The translations under genes and the position numbers were made by a program. Positions 22,779-37,500 of a stretch of 64,000 nucleotides of DNA are shown piece after piece. This DNA comes from the human T2T-CHM13v2.0 reference genome, Homo sapiens. Location of the stretch: NCBI RefSeq assembly GCF_009914755.1, contig NC_060933.1. The stretch is one strand, 5' to 3'. Positions within the stretch are counted from its first letter, which is position 1. Each line of letters starts with the position of its first letter. The notes under the pieces were generated by a model. The model had not been told where the DNA came from and made no database searches. It saw only the letters and a list, made by a program, of their open reading frames with translations.

Positions 22779-25250
22779 TGGAACGGAATGGAATGGAATG
22801 TAATGAAATGTAATGTAATGGAATGGAATGGAATGGAATCAACCCGAGTGCAATGGAATGGAGAGGAATGGAATGGAATGGAATGGAAACTACCCGAATG
22901 GAATGGAATGGAATGGAGTGTAAGGGAATTGAATAGAATCAATCCGAATGGAATGGAATGGAATGGAAAGGAATGTAATGTAATGGAATGGAATGGAATC
23001 AACCCGAGTGCAGGGGAATGGAATGGAATGGAATGCAATGGAATGGAGTCATCCGGAATGGAATGGAATGGAATGCAATGGAATGGAATGGAATGGAATC
23101 AACCCGAGTGCAATGGAATGGAGTGAAATGGAATGGAATGGAATAGAGACAACCAGAATGGATTGGAATATAATGGAGTGTAAGGGAATTGAATAGAATC
23201 AATCTGAATGTAATGAAAGGGAATGGAACGGAATGGAATGGAATGGAATGGAATGGAATGGAATGCAATGGAATGGAATCAAAACGAGTGCAATCGAATG
23301 GAATCGAATGGAATGGAATGCAATGGAATGGATTCAACTTGAATGGAATGGAAAGAATGGAATCAACACGAGTGGAATGGCATGGATTGGAATGGAATAG
23401 AATGGAATCAACCCGAGTATAAGGGAATGGAATGGAATGGAATGCAATGGAATGGAATCATCCGTAATGGAATGGAAAGGAATGGAATGGAATGGAATGG
23501 AATGGAATGGAATGGAATGGAATCAACACGAATGCAATCGAATGGAATGGAATGGAATTAACCCGAATAGAATGGAATGGAATGGAATGGAACGGAACGG
23601 AATGGAATGGAATGGAATGGAATGGAATGGAATGCAACGGAAAGGAAGGGAATGGAATGGAATAGAATGGAATGGAATGGAATCAACGCGAGTGCAGGGG
23701 AATGGAATGGAATGGAATGCAATGGAATGGAATCTTCCGGAATGGAATGGAATGGAATGGAATGGAATGGAATGGAATCAACCCGAGTGCAATGGAATGG
23801 AGTGGAATGGAATGGAATGGAATGGAACAACCCGAATGGAATGGAATGTAATGGAGAGTAAGGGAGTTGAATAGAATCAATCAGAATGTAATGGAATGGA
23901 ATGAAACGGAATGGAATTGAATGGAATGGAATGGAATGCAATGGAATGGAATCAACCCGAGTGCAATGGAATGGAGAGGAATGGAATGCAATGGAATGGA
24001 AACTACCCAAATGGAATGGAATGTAATGGAGTGTAAGGGAATTGAATAGAATCAATCCGAATGTAATGGAATGGTATGGAACGGAATGGAACGGAATGGA
24101 ATGGAATGGAACGGAATGGAATGGAATGGAATGCAATGGAATGGAATCAACCCGAGTGCAATCGAATGGAATCGAATGGAATGGAATGCAATGGAATGGA
24201 TTCAACTTGAATGGAATGGAAAGAATGGAATCAACACGAGTGGAATGGCATGGATTGGAATGGAATGGAATGGAATCAACCCGAGTACAGGGGAATGGAA
24301 TGGAATGGAATGCAATGGAATGGAATCATCCGTAAAGGAATGGAAAGGAATGGAATGGAATGGAATGGAATGGAATGGAATGGAATCAACTCGATTGCAA
24401 TCGAATGGAATGGAATGGAATTAACCCGTATAGAATGGAATGGTACGGAACGGAATGGAATGGAATGGAATGGAATTGAATGGAATGGAATGGAACGGAA
24501 TCAACGCGACTGCAGGGGAATGGAATGGAATGGAATGCAATGGAATGGAATCTTCCGGAATGGAATGGAATGGAATGGAATGGAATGAAATGCAATGGAT
24601 TCAACTCGATTGCAATGGAATGGAATAGAATGGATTGGAATGGAATGGAATGGAATTAATTCGAATAGAATGGAATGGAATGGAATGGAACGGAATGGAA
24701 CGGAATGGAATGGAATGGAATGGAATGGAATGGTATGGAATGCAATGGAATGGTACGGAATAGAATGGAATGGAAAGAATTGTAATGGAATGGAATTGAA
24801 TGGAATGGAATGGAATGGAATGGAATCAACGCGAGTGCAGGGGAATGTAATGGAACGGAATGCAATGGAATGGAATCATCCGGAATGGAATGGAATGGAA
24901 TGGAATGGAATGGAATGGAATGGAGTGGAATCAACCCGAGAGCAATGGAATGGAGTGGAATGGAATGGAATGGAATGGAACAACCCGAATGGAATGGAAT
25001 GTAATGGAGAGTAAGGGAGTTGAATAGAATCAATCCGAATGTAATGGAATGGAATGCAACGGAATGGAATGGAATGGAATGCAATGGAATTGAATCAACC
25101 CGAGTACAATGGAATGGAATGGAATGGAATGGAATGGAATGGAATGGAATGGATTGGAATGGAATGATACGGAATAGAATGGAATGGAACGAAATGGAAT
25201 GGAATGGAATGGAATGGAATGGAATGGAATGGAATGAAATGGAATGGAAT
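22779..25250 (+). repeat. Variant partial HOR copy (unit positions ~2291-4790)
   Basis: Same landmark order as copy 1 (ORFs 23437/2943, 24595/4131, 24656/4192). It lacks several variants shared by the standard copies (no GTAT deletion near 22870; GGGAAT rather than GGGTAT near 23220). Confidence 0.88.
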
Positions 25251-26061
25251 GGAAAGGAATGGAATGGAATGGAATGGAATGGAATGGAATGGATTGGAAT
25301 GGAATGGAATCAACGCGAGTGCAGGGGAATGGAATGGAATGGCATGCAATGGAATGGAATCTTCCGGAATGGAATGGAATGGAATGGAATAGAATGGAAT
25401 GGAATGGAATGGAATGGAATAAACCCGAGTGCAATGGAATGGAGTGGAATGGAATGGAATGGAATGGAACAACCCGAATGGAATGGAATGGAATGGAGAG
25501 TAAGGGAGTTGAATAGAATCCATCCGAATGTAATGGAATGGAATGGAACGGAATGGAATTGAATGGAATGGAATGGAATGCAATGGAATGGAATCAACCC
25601 GAGTTCAATGGAATGGAGAGGAATGGAATGGAATGGAATGGAAACTACCCGAATGGAATAGAATGTAATGGAGTGTAAGGGAATTGAATAGAATCAATCC
25701 GAATGTAATGGAATGGAATGGAACGGAATGGAATGGAACGGAATGGAATGGAATGGAATGGAATGGAATGGAATGGAATGCAACGGAATGGAATCAACCC
25801 GAGTGCAATCGAATGGAATCGAATGGAATGGAATGCAATGGAATGGATTCAACTTGAATGGAATGGAAAGAATGGAATCAACACGAGTGGAATGGCATGG
25901 ATTGGAATGGAATGGAATGGAATGAACCCGAGTACAGGGGAATGGAATGGAATGGAATGCAATGGAATCAACCCGAGTGCAATGGAATGGAGTGGAATGG
26001 AATGGAATGGAATGGAACAACCCGAATGGAATGGAATGTAATGGAGAGTAAGGGAGTTGAA
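25251..26061 (+). repeat. ~0.81 kb copy of segment 21239-22049 (offset 4012)
   Basis: ORFs 21298/25310, 21701/25713 and 21846/25858 are all +4012. Shared rare variants include GGCATGCAAT, GAATCCATCC and GAGTTCAAT. Confidence 0.9.
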
Positions 26062-29000
26062 TAGAATCAATCCGAATGTAATGGAATGGAATGGAACGGA
26101 ATGGAATTGAATGGAATGGAATGGAATGGAATCAACCCGAGTGCAATGGAATGGAGAGGAATGGAATGGAATGGAATGGAAACTACCCGAATGGAATGGA
26201 ATGTAATGGAGTGTAAGGGAATTGAATAGAATCAATCCGAATGTAATGGAATGGAATGGAACGGAATGGAATGGAATGGAATGGAATGGAATGGAATGGA
26301 ATGGAATGCAATGGAATGGAATCAACCCGAGTGCAATCGAATGGAATCGAATGGAATGGAATGCAATGGAATGGATTCAACTTGAATGGAATGGAAAGAA
26401 TGGAATCAACACGAGTGGAATGGCATGGATTGGAATGGAATGGAATGGAATCAACCCGAGTACAGGGGAATGGAATGGAATGGAATGCAATGGAATGGAA
26501 TCATCCGTAATGGAATGGAAAGGAATGGAATGGAATGGAATGGAATGGAATGGAATGGAATGGAATCAACTCGATTGCAATCGAATGGAATGGAATGGAA
26601 TTAACCCGAATAGAATGGAATGGAATGGAATGGAACGCAACGGAATGGAATGGAATGGAACGGAATGGAATGGAACGGAACGGAACGGAATGGATGGAAT
26701 GGAATGGAATGGAATGGAATGGAATCAACGCGAGTGCAGGGGAATGGAATGGAATGGAATGCAATGGAATGGAATCTTCCGGAATGGAATGGAATGGAAT
26801 GGAATGGAATGGAATGAAATGCAATGGATTCAACTCGATTGCAATGGAATGGAATAGAATGGAATGGAATGGAATGGAATGGAATGGAATTAACCCGAAT
26901 AGAATGGAATGGAATGGAATGGAACGGAATGGAACGGAATGCAATGGAATGGAATGGAATGGAATGGTATGGAATGGAATGGAATGGTACGGAATAGAAT
27001 GGAATGGAACGAATTGTAATGGAATGGAATTGAATGGAATGAAATGGAATGGAATGGAATGGAATGGAATCAACGCGAGTGCAGGGGAATGTAATGGAAC
27101 GAAATGCAATGGAATGGAATCATGCGGAATGGAATGGAATGGAATGGAATGGAATGGAATGGAATCAACCCGAGTGCAATGGAATGGAGTGGAATGGAAT
27201 GGAATGGAATGGAACAACCCGAATGGAATGGAATGTAATGGAGAGTAAGGGAGTTGAATAGAATCAATCCGAATGTAATGGAATGGAATTCAATGGAATG
27301 GAAAGGAATGGAATGGAATGGAATGGAATGGAATGGAATGGAATGGAATGGAATGCCTTCAAACCGAATGTAATGGAAAGGAATGGAATCAACACGAGTG
27401 GAATGGAATCGAATGGAATGGAATCGAATGGAATGGAATGATATGGAATAGAATGGAATGGAACGAAATGGAATGGAACGAAATGGAATGGAATGGAATG
27501 GAATGGAATGGAATGGAATGATACGGAATAGAATGGAATGGAACGAAATGGAGTGGAATGGAATGGAATGGAATGAAATGGAATGGAATGGAATCGTTCC
27601 TAGTGGAATAGGAGGGAATGTATTCGAGTGGAATGGAAAGGAATGGTATCAACCAGAGTGGAATGGAAGGGAATGGAATGGAATGGAAACTAATAGAATG
27701 GAATCAACCCGAGTGGAATGGAATGGAAAGGACTGGAATGGAATGGAATGGAATGGAATCAACTCGATTGTAATGGAATGGAATGGAATGGAATGGAATG
27801 GAATGGAATGGAATTAACCCGAATACAATGGAATGGAATGGAATGGAATGGAATGGAGTGGAATGGAATGGAATCAACCCGAGTGCAGGGTAATGGAATG
27901 GAATGGAATGCAATGGAATGGAATCATCCGGAATGGAATGGAATGGAATGGAATGCAAAGCAATGGAATCAACTCGATTGCAATGGAATGGAATGGAATG
28001 GAAAGGAATACATTGGAATCAACCCGAGTGGAATGGAATGGAAAGGACTGGAATGGAGTGGAATGGAATGGAATGGAATGGAATGGAAACAACTCGATTG
28101 GAATGGAATGGAATGGAATGGAATGGAATTAACCCGAATAGAATGGAATTGAATGGAATGGAAAGGAACGGAATGGAATGGAATGGAATGGAATGGAATG
28201 GAATGGAATGGAATCAACCCGACTGCAGGGGAATGGAATGGAATGGAATGCAATGGAATGGATTCAACTTCAATGGAATGGAAAGAATGGAATCAACACG
28301 AGTGGAATGGCATGGATTGGAATGGAATGGAATGGAATTAACCCGAGTACAAGGGAATGGAATGGAATGGAATGCAATGGAATGGAATCATCCGTAATGG
28401 AATGGAAAGGAATGGAATGGAATGGAATGGAATGGAATAGAATGGAATGGAATCAACTCGATTGCAATCGAATGGAATGGAATGGAATTAACCCGAATAA
28501 AATGGAATGGAATCGAATGGAACGGAACGGAACGGAATGGAATGGATTGGAATGGAATGGAATGGAATGGAACGGAATGGAATGGAATGGAATGGAATGG
28601 AATGGAATGGAATGGAATGGAATCAACCCGAGTGCAGGGGAATGGAATGGAATGGAATGCAATGGAATGGAATCAACCCGAGTACAATGGAACGGAATGG
28701 AATGGAATGTAATGAAATGTAATGTAATGGAATGGAATGGAATGGAATCAACCCGAGTGCAATGGAATGGAGAGGAATGTATGGAATGGAATGGAAACTA
28801 CCCGAATGGAATGGAATGGAATGGAGTGTAAGGGAATTGAATAGAATCAATCCGAATGGAATGGAATGGAATGGAAAGGAATGTAATGTAATGGAATGGA
28901 ATGGAATCAACCCGAGTGCAGGGGAATGGAATGGAATGGAATGCAATGGAATGGAGTCATCCGGAATGGAATGGAATGGAATGCAATGGAATGGAATGGA

Positions 29001-32000
29001 ATGGAATCAACCCGAGTGCAATGGAATGGAGTGAAATGGAATGGAATGGAATAGAGACAACCAGAATGGATTGGAATATAATGGAGTGTAAGGGAATTGA
29101 ATAGAATCAATCTGAATGTAATGAAAGGGTATGGAACGGAATGGAATGGAATGGAATGAAATGGAATGCAATGGAATGGAATCAAAACGAGTGCAATCGA
29201 ATGGAATCGAATGGAATGGAATGCAATGGAATGGATTCAACTTGAATGGAATGGAAAGAATGGAATCAACACGAGTGGAATGGCATGGATTGGAATGGAA
29301 TAGAATGGAATCAACCCGAGTATAAGGGAATGGAATGGAATGGAATGCAATGGAATGGAATCATCCGTAATGGAATGGAAAGGAATGGAATGGAATGGAA
29401 TGGAATGGAATGGAATGGAATGGAATCAACACGATTGCAATCGAATGGAATGGAATGGAATTAACCCGAATAGAATGGAATGGAATGGAATGGAACGGAA
29501 CGGAATGGAATGGAATGGAATGGAATGGAATGGAATGCAACGGAAAGGAAGGGAATGGAATGGAATAGAATGGAATGGAATGGAATCAACGCGAGTGCAG
29601 GGGAATGGAATGGAATGGAATGCAATGGAATGGAATCTTCCGGAATGGAATGGAATGGAATGGAATGGAATGGAATGGAATCAACCCGAGTGCAATGGAA
29701 TGGAGTGGAATGGAATGGAATGGAATGGAACAACCCGAATGGAATGGAATGTAATGGAGAGTAAGGGAGTTGAATAGAATCAATCAGAATGTAATGGAAT
29801 GGAATGAAACGGAATGGAATTGAATGGAATGGAATGGAATGCAATGGAATGGAATCAACCCGAGTGCAATGGAATGGAGAGGAATGGAATGCAATGGAAT
29901 GGAAACTACCCAAATGGAATGGAATGTAATGGAGTGTAAGGGAATTGAATAGAATCAATCCGAATGTAATGGAATGGTATGGAACGGAATGGAACGGAAT
30001 GGAATGGAATGGAATGGAATGGAATGGAATGCAATGGAATGGAATCAACCCGAGTGCAATCGAATGGAATCGAATGGAATGGAATGCAATGGAATGGATT
30101 CAACTTGAATGGAATGGAAAGAATGGAATCAACACGAGTGGAATGGCATGGATTGGAATGGAATGGAATGGAATCAACCCGAGTACAGGGGAATGGAATG
30201 GAATGGAATGCAATGGAATGGAATCATCCGTAAAGGAATGGAAAGGAATGGAATGGAATGGAATGGAATGGAATGGAATGGAATGGAATGGAATGGAATG
30301 GAATGGAATGGAATCAACTCGATTGCAATCGAATGGAATGGAATGGAATTAACCCGTATAGAATGGAATGGTACGGAACGGAATGGAATGGAATGGAATG
30401 GAATGGAATTGAATGGAATGGAATGGAACGGAATCAACGCGACTGCAGGGGAATGGAATGGAATGGAATGCAATGGAATGGAATCTTCCGGAATGGAATG
30501 GAATGGAATGGAATGGAATGAAATGCAATGGATTCAACTCGATTGCAATGGAATGGAATAGAATGGATTGGAATGGAATGGAATGGAATTAATTCGAATA
30601 GAATGGAATGGAATGGAATGGAACGGAATGGAACGGAATGGAATGGAATGGAATGGAATGGAATGGTATGGAATGCAATGGAATGGTACGGAATAGAATG
30701 GAATGGAAAGAATTGTAATGGAATGGAATTGAATGGAATGGAATGGAATGGAATGGAATCAACGCGAGTGCAGGGGAATGTAATGGAACGGAATGCAATG
30801 GAATGGAATCATCCGGAATGGAATGGAATGGAATGGAATGGAATGGAATGGAATGGAGTGGAATCAACCCGAGAGCAATGGAATGGAGTGGAATGGAATG
30901 GAATGGAATGGAACAACCCGAATGGAATGGAATGTAATGGAGAGTAAGGGAGTTGAATAGAATCAATCCGAATGTAATGGAATGGAATGCAACGGAATGG
31001 AATGGAATGGAATGCAATGGAATTGAATCAACCCGAGTACAATGGAATGGAATGGAATGGAATGGAATGGAATGGAATGGATTGGAATGGAATGATACGG
31101 AATAGAATGGAATGGAACGAAATGGAATGGAATGGAATGGAATGGAATGGAATGGAATGGAATGAAATGGAATGGAATGGAATGGAATGAAATGGAATGG
31201 AATGGAATGGAATCGTTCCGAGTGGAATAGGAGGGAATGTATTCGAGTGGAATGGAAAGGAATGGTATCAACCAGAGTGGAATGGAAGGGAATGGAATGG
31301 AATGGAAACTAATAGAATGGAATCAACCCGAGTGGAATGGAATGGAAAGGACTGGAATGGAATGGAATGGAATGGAATCAACTCGATTGTAATGGAATGG
31401 AATGGCATGGAATGGAATGGAATTAACCCGAATACAATGGAATGGGATGGAATGGAACGGAATGGAGTGGAATGGAATGGAATCAACCCGAGTGCAGGAG
31501 AATGGAATGGAATGGAATGCAATGGAATGGAATCATCCGGAATGGAATGGAATGGAATGGAATGCAAAGCAATGGAATCAACTCGATTGCAATGGAATGG
31601 AATGGAATGGAAAGGAATACATTGGAATCAACCCGAGTGGAATGGAATGGAAAGGACTGGAATGGAGTGGAATGGAATGGAATGGAATGGAATGGAATCA
31701 ACTCGATTGGAATGGAATGGAATGGAATGGAATGGAATGGAATTAACCCCAATAGAATGGAATGGAATGGAATGGAACGGAACGGAATGGAATGGAATGG
31801 AATTGAATGGAATGGAATAAACCCGAGTGCAATGGAATGGAGTGGAATGGAATGGAATGGAATGGAACAACCCGAATGGAATGGAATGTAATGGAGAGTA
31901 AGGGAGTTGAATAGAATCAATCCGAATGTAATGGAATGGAATGGAACGGAATGGAATTGAATGGAATGGAATGGAATGGAATCAACCCGAGTGCAATGGA

Positions 32001-34562
32001 ATGGAGAGGAATGGAATGGAATGGAATGGAAACTACCCGAATGGAATGGAATGTAATGGAGTGTAAGGGAATTGAATAGAATCAATCCGAATGTAATGGA
32101 ATGGAATGGAATGGAATGGAATGGAATGGAATGGAATGGAATGGAATGCAATGGAATGGAATCAACCCGAGTGCAATCGAATGGAATCGAATGGAATGGA
32201 ATGCAATGGAATGGATTCAACTTGAATGGAATGGAAAGAATGGAATCAACACGAGTGGAATGGCATGGATTGGAATGGAATGGAATGGAATCAACCCGAG
32301 TACAGGGGAATGGAATGGAATGGAATGCAATGGAATGGAATCATCCGTAATGGAATGGAAAGGAATGGAATGGAATGGAATGGAATGGAATGGAATGGAA
32401 TGGAATCAACTCGATTGCAATCGAATGGAATGGAATGGAATTAACCCGAATAGAATGGAATGGAATGGAATGGAACGCAACGGAATGGAATGGAATGGAA
32501 CGGAATGGAATGGAACGGAACAGAACGGAATGGATGGAATGGAATGGAATGGAATGGAATGGAATCAACGCGAGTGCAGGGGAATGGAATGGAATGGAAT
32601 GCAATGGAATGGAATCTTCCGGAATGGAATGGAATGGAATGGAATGGAATGGAATGAAATGCAATGGATTCAACTCGATTGCAATGGAATGGAATAGAAT
32701 GGAATGGAATGGAATGGAATGGAATGGAATTAACCCGAATAGAATGGAATGGAATGGAATGGAACGGAATGGAACGGAATGCAATGGAATGGAATGGAAT
32801 GGAATGGTATGGAATGGAATGGAATGGTACGGAATAGAATGGAATGGAACGAATTGTAATGGAATGGAATTGAATGGAATGAAATGGAATGGAATGGAAT
32901 GGAATGGAATCAACGCGAGTGCAGGGGAATGTAATGGAACGAAATGCAATGGAATGGAATCATGCGGAATGGAATGGAATGGAATGGAATGGAATGGAAT
33001 GGAATCAACCCGAGTGCAATGGAATGGAGTGGAATGGAATGGAATGGAATGGAACAACCCGAATGGAATGGAATGTAATGGAGAGTAAGGGAGTTGAATA
33101 GAATCAATCCGAATGTAATGGAATGGAATTCAATGGAATGGAAAGGAATGGAATGGAATGGAAAGGAATGGAATGGAATGGAATGGAATGGAATGCCTTC
33201 AAACCGAATGTAATGGAAAGGAATGGAATCAACACGAGTGGAATGGAATGGAATGGAATGGAATCGAATGGAATGGAATAATATGGAATAGAATGGAATG
33301 GAACGAAATGGAATGGAACGAAATGGAATGGAATGGAATGGAATGGAATGGAATGGAATGATACGGAATAGAATGGAATGGAACGAAATGGAGTGGAATG
33401 GAATGGAATGGAATGAAATGGAATGGAATGGAATCGTTCCTAGTGGAATAGGAGGGAATGTATTCGAGTGGAATGGAAAGGAATGGTATCAACCAGAGTG
33501 GAATGGAAGGGAATGGAATGGAATGGAAACTAATAGAATGGAATCAACCCGAGTGGAATGGAATGGAAAGGACTGGAATGGAATGGAATGGAATGGAATC
33601 AACTCGATTGTAATGGAATGGAATGGAATGGAATGGAATGGAATGGAATGGAATTAACCCGAATACAATGGAATGGAATGGAATGGAATGGAATGGAGTG
33701 GAATGGAATGGAATCAACCCGAGTGCAGGGTAATGGAATGGAATGGAATGCAATGGAATGGAATCATCCGGAATGGAATGGAATGGAATGGAATGCAAAG
33801 CAATGGAATCAACTCGATTGCAATGGAATGGAATGGAATGGAAAGGAATACATTGGAATCAACCCGAGTGGAATGGAATGGAAAGGACTGGAATGGAGTG
33901 GAATGGAATGGAATGGAATGGAATGGAAACAACTCGATTGGAATGGAATGGAATGGAATGGAATGGAATTAACCCGAATAGAATGGAATTGAATGGAATG
34001 GAAAGGAACGGAATGGAATGGAATGGAATGGAATGGAATGGAATCAACCCGACTGCAGGGGAATGGAATGGAATGGAATGCAATGGAATGGATTCAACTT
34101 CAATGGAATGGAAAGAATGGAATCAACACGAGTGGAATGGCATGGATTGGAATGGAATGGAATGGAATTAACCCGAGTACAAGGGAATGGAATGGAATGG
34201 AATGCAATGGAATGGAATCATCCGTAATGGAATGGAAAGGAATGGAATGGAATGGAATGGAATGGAATAGAATGGAATGGAATCAACTCGATTGCAATCG
34301 AATGGAATGGAATGGAATTAACCCGAATAAAATGGAATGGAATCGAATGGAACGGAACGGAACGGAATGGAATGGATTGGAATGGAATGGAATGGAATGG
34401 AACGGAATGGAATGGAATGGAATGGAATGGAATGGAATGGAATCAACGCGAGTGCAGGGGAATGGAATGGAATGGAATGCAATGGAATGGAATCTTCCGG
34501 AATGGAATGGAATGGAATGGAATGGAATGGAATAAACCCGAGTACAATGGAATGGAGTGGAA
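26062..34562 (+). repeat. HOR-derived sequence: unit positions ~5520-7300 joined directly to unit positions ~1421-8175 (2.33 kb sub-unit skipped)
   Basis: ORF 27389 equals 6842 and 33229 (period 5840). Downstream, ORFs 27903 and 28623 equal 1511 and 2226 of copy 1. Confidence 0.88.
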
Positions 34563-37500
34563 TGGAATGGAATGGAATGGAACAACCCGAATGGAATGGA
34601 ATGTAATGGAGAGTAAGGGAGTTGAATAGAATCAATCCGAATGTAATGGAATGGAATGGAACGGAATGGAATTGAATGGAATGGAATGGAATGCAATGGA
34701 ATGGAATCAACCCGAGAGCAATGGAATGGAGAGGAATGGAATGGAATGGAATGGAAACTACCCGAATGGAATGGAATGTAATGGAGGGTAAGGGAATTGA
34801 ATAGAATCAATCTGAATCTAATGGAATGGAATGGAACGGAATGGAATGGAATGGAATGGAATGGAATGGAATGGAATGGAATGCAATGGAATGGAATGAA
34901 CCCGAGTGCAATCGAATGGAATCGAATGGAATGGAATGCAATGGAATGGATTCAACTTGAATGGAATGGAAAGAATGGAATCAACACGAGTGGAATGGCA
35001 TGGATTGGAATGGAATGGAATGGAATCAACCCGAGTACAGGGGAATGGAATGGAATGGAATGCAATGGAATGGAATCATCCGTAATGGAATGGAAAGGAA
35101 TGGAATGGAATGGAATGGAATGGAATGGAATGGAATGGAATCAACTCGATTGCAATCGAATGGAATGGAATGGAATTAACCCGAATAGAATGGAATGGAA
35201 TGGAATGGAACGGAACGGAATGGAATGGAATGGAATGGAAAGGAATGGAACGGAACGGAACGGAATGGATGAAATGGAATGGAATGGAATGGAATGGAAT
35301 CAAAGCGAGTGTAAGGGAATGGAATGGAATGGAATGCAATGGAATGGAATCTTCCGGAATGGAATGGAATGGAATGGAATGGAATGAAATGCAATGGATT
35401 CAACTCGATTGCAATGGAATGGAATAGAATGGAATGGAATGGAATGGAACGGAATGGAATTAACCCGAATAGAATGGAATGGAATGGAATGGAACGGAAT
35501 GGAACGGAATGGAATGGAATGGAATGGAATGGAATGGTATGGAATGGAATGGAATGGTACGGAATAGAATGGAATGGAACGAATTGTAATGGAATGGAAT
35601 TGAATGGAATGGAATGGAATGGAATGGAATCAACGCGAGTGCAGGGGAATGTAATGGAACGGAATGCAATGGAATGGAATCATCCGGAATGGAATGGAAT
35701 GGAATGGAATGGAATGGAATGGAATCAACCCGAGTGCAATGGAATGGAGTGGAATGGAATGGAATGGAATGGAACAACCCGAATGGAATGGAATGTAATG
35801 GAGAGTAAGGGAGTTGAATATAATCAATCCGAATGTAATGGAATTGGATGCAACGGAATGGAAAGGAATGGAATGGAATGGAATGGAATGCAATGGAATG
35901 GAGTCAACCCGAGTACAATGGAATGGAATGGAATGGAATGGAATGGAATGGAATGGAATGGAATGGAATTAACCCGAATACAATGGAATGGAATGGAATG
36001 GAATGGAATGGAGTGGAATGGAATGGAATCAACCCGAGTGCAGGGTAATGGAATGGAATGGAATGCAATGGAATGGAATCATCCGGAATGGAATGGAATG
36101 GAATGGAATGCAAAGCAATGGAATCAACTCGATTGCAATGGAATGGAATGGAATGGAAAGGAATACATTGGAATCAACCCGAGTGGAATGGAATGGAAAG
36201 GACTGGAATGGAGTGGAATGGAATGGAATGGAATGGAATGGAAACAACTCGATTGGAATGGAATGGAATGGAATGGAATGGAATTAACCCGAATAGAATG
36301 GAATTGAATGGAATGGAAAGGAACGGAATGGAATGGAATGGAATGGAATGGAATGGAATGGAATGGAATCAACCCGACTGCAGGGGAATGGAATGGAATG
36401 GAATGCAATGGAATGGATTCAACTTCAATGGAATGGAAAGAATGGAATCAACACGAGTGGAATGGCATGGATTGGAATGGAATGGAATGGAATTAACCCG
36501 AGTACAAGGGAATGGAATGGAATGGAATGCAATGGAATGGAATCATCCGTAATGGAATGGAAAGGAATGGAATGGAATGGAATGGAATGGAATAGAATGG
36601 AATGGAATCAACTCGATTGCAATCGAATGGAATGGAATGGAATTAACCCGAATAAAATGGAATGGAATCGAATGGAACGGAACGGAACGGAATGGAATGG
36701 ATTGGAATGGAATGGAATGGAATGGAACGGAATGGAATGGAATGGAATGGAATGGAATGGAATGGAATGGAATCAACCCGAGTGCAGGGGAATGGAATGG
36801 AATGGAATGCAATGGAATGGAATCAACCCGAGTACAATGGAACGGAATGGAATGGAATGTAATGAAATGTAATGTAATGGAATGGAATGGAATGGAATCA
36901 ACCCGAGTGCAATGGAATGGAGAGGAATGTATGGAATGGAATGGAAACTACCCGAATGGAATGGAATGGAATGGAGTGTAAGGGAATTGAATAGAATCAA
37001 TCCGAATGGAATGGAATGGAATGGAAAGGAATGTAATGTAATGGAATGGAATAGAATCAACCCGAGTGCAGGGGAATGGAATGGAATGGAATGCAATGGA
37101 ATGGAGTCATCCGGAATGGAATGGAATGGAATGCAATGGAATGGAATGGAATGGAATCAACCCGAGTGCAATGGAATGGAGTGAAATGGAATGGAATGGA
37201 ATAGAGACAACCAGAATGGATTGGAATATAATGGAGTGTAAGGGAATTGAATAGAATCAATCTGAATGTAATGAAAGGGTATGGAACGGAATGGAATGGA
37301 ATGGAATGAAATGGAATGCAATGGAATGGAATCAAAACGAGTGCAATCGAATGGAATCGAATGGAATGGAATGCAATGGAATGGATTCAACTTGAATGGA
37401 ATGGAAAGAATGGAATCAACACGAGTGGAATGGCATGGATTGGAATGGAATAGAATGGAATCAACCCGAGTATAAGGGAATGGAATGGAATGGAATGCAA

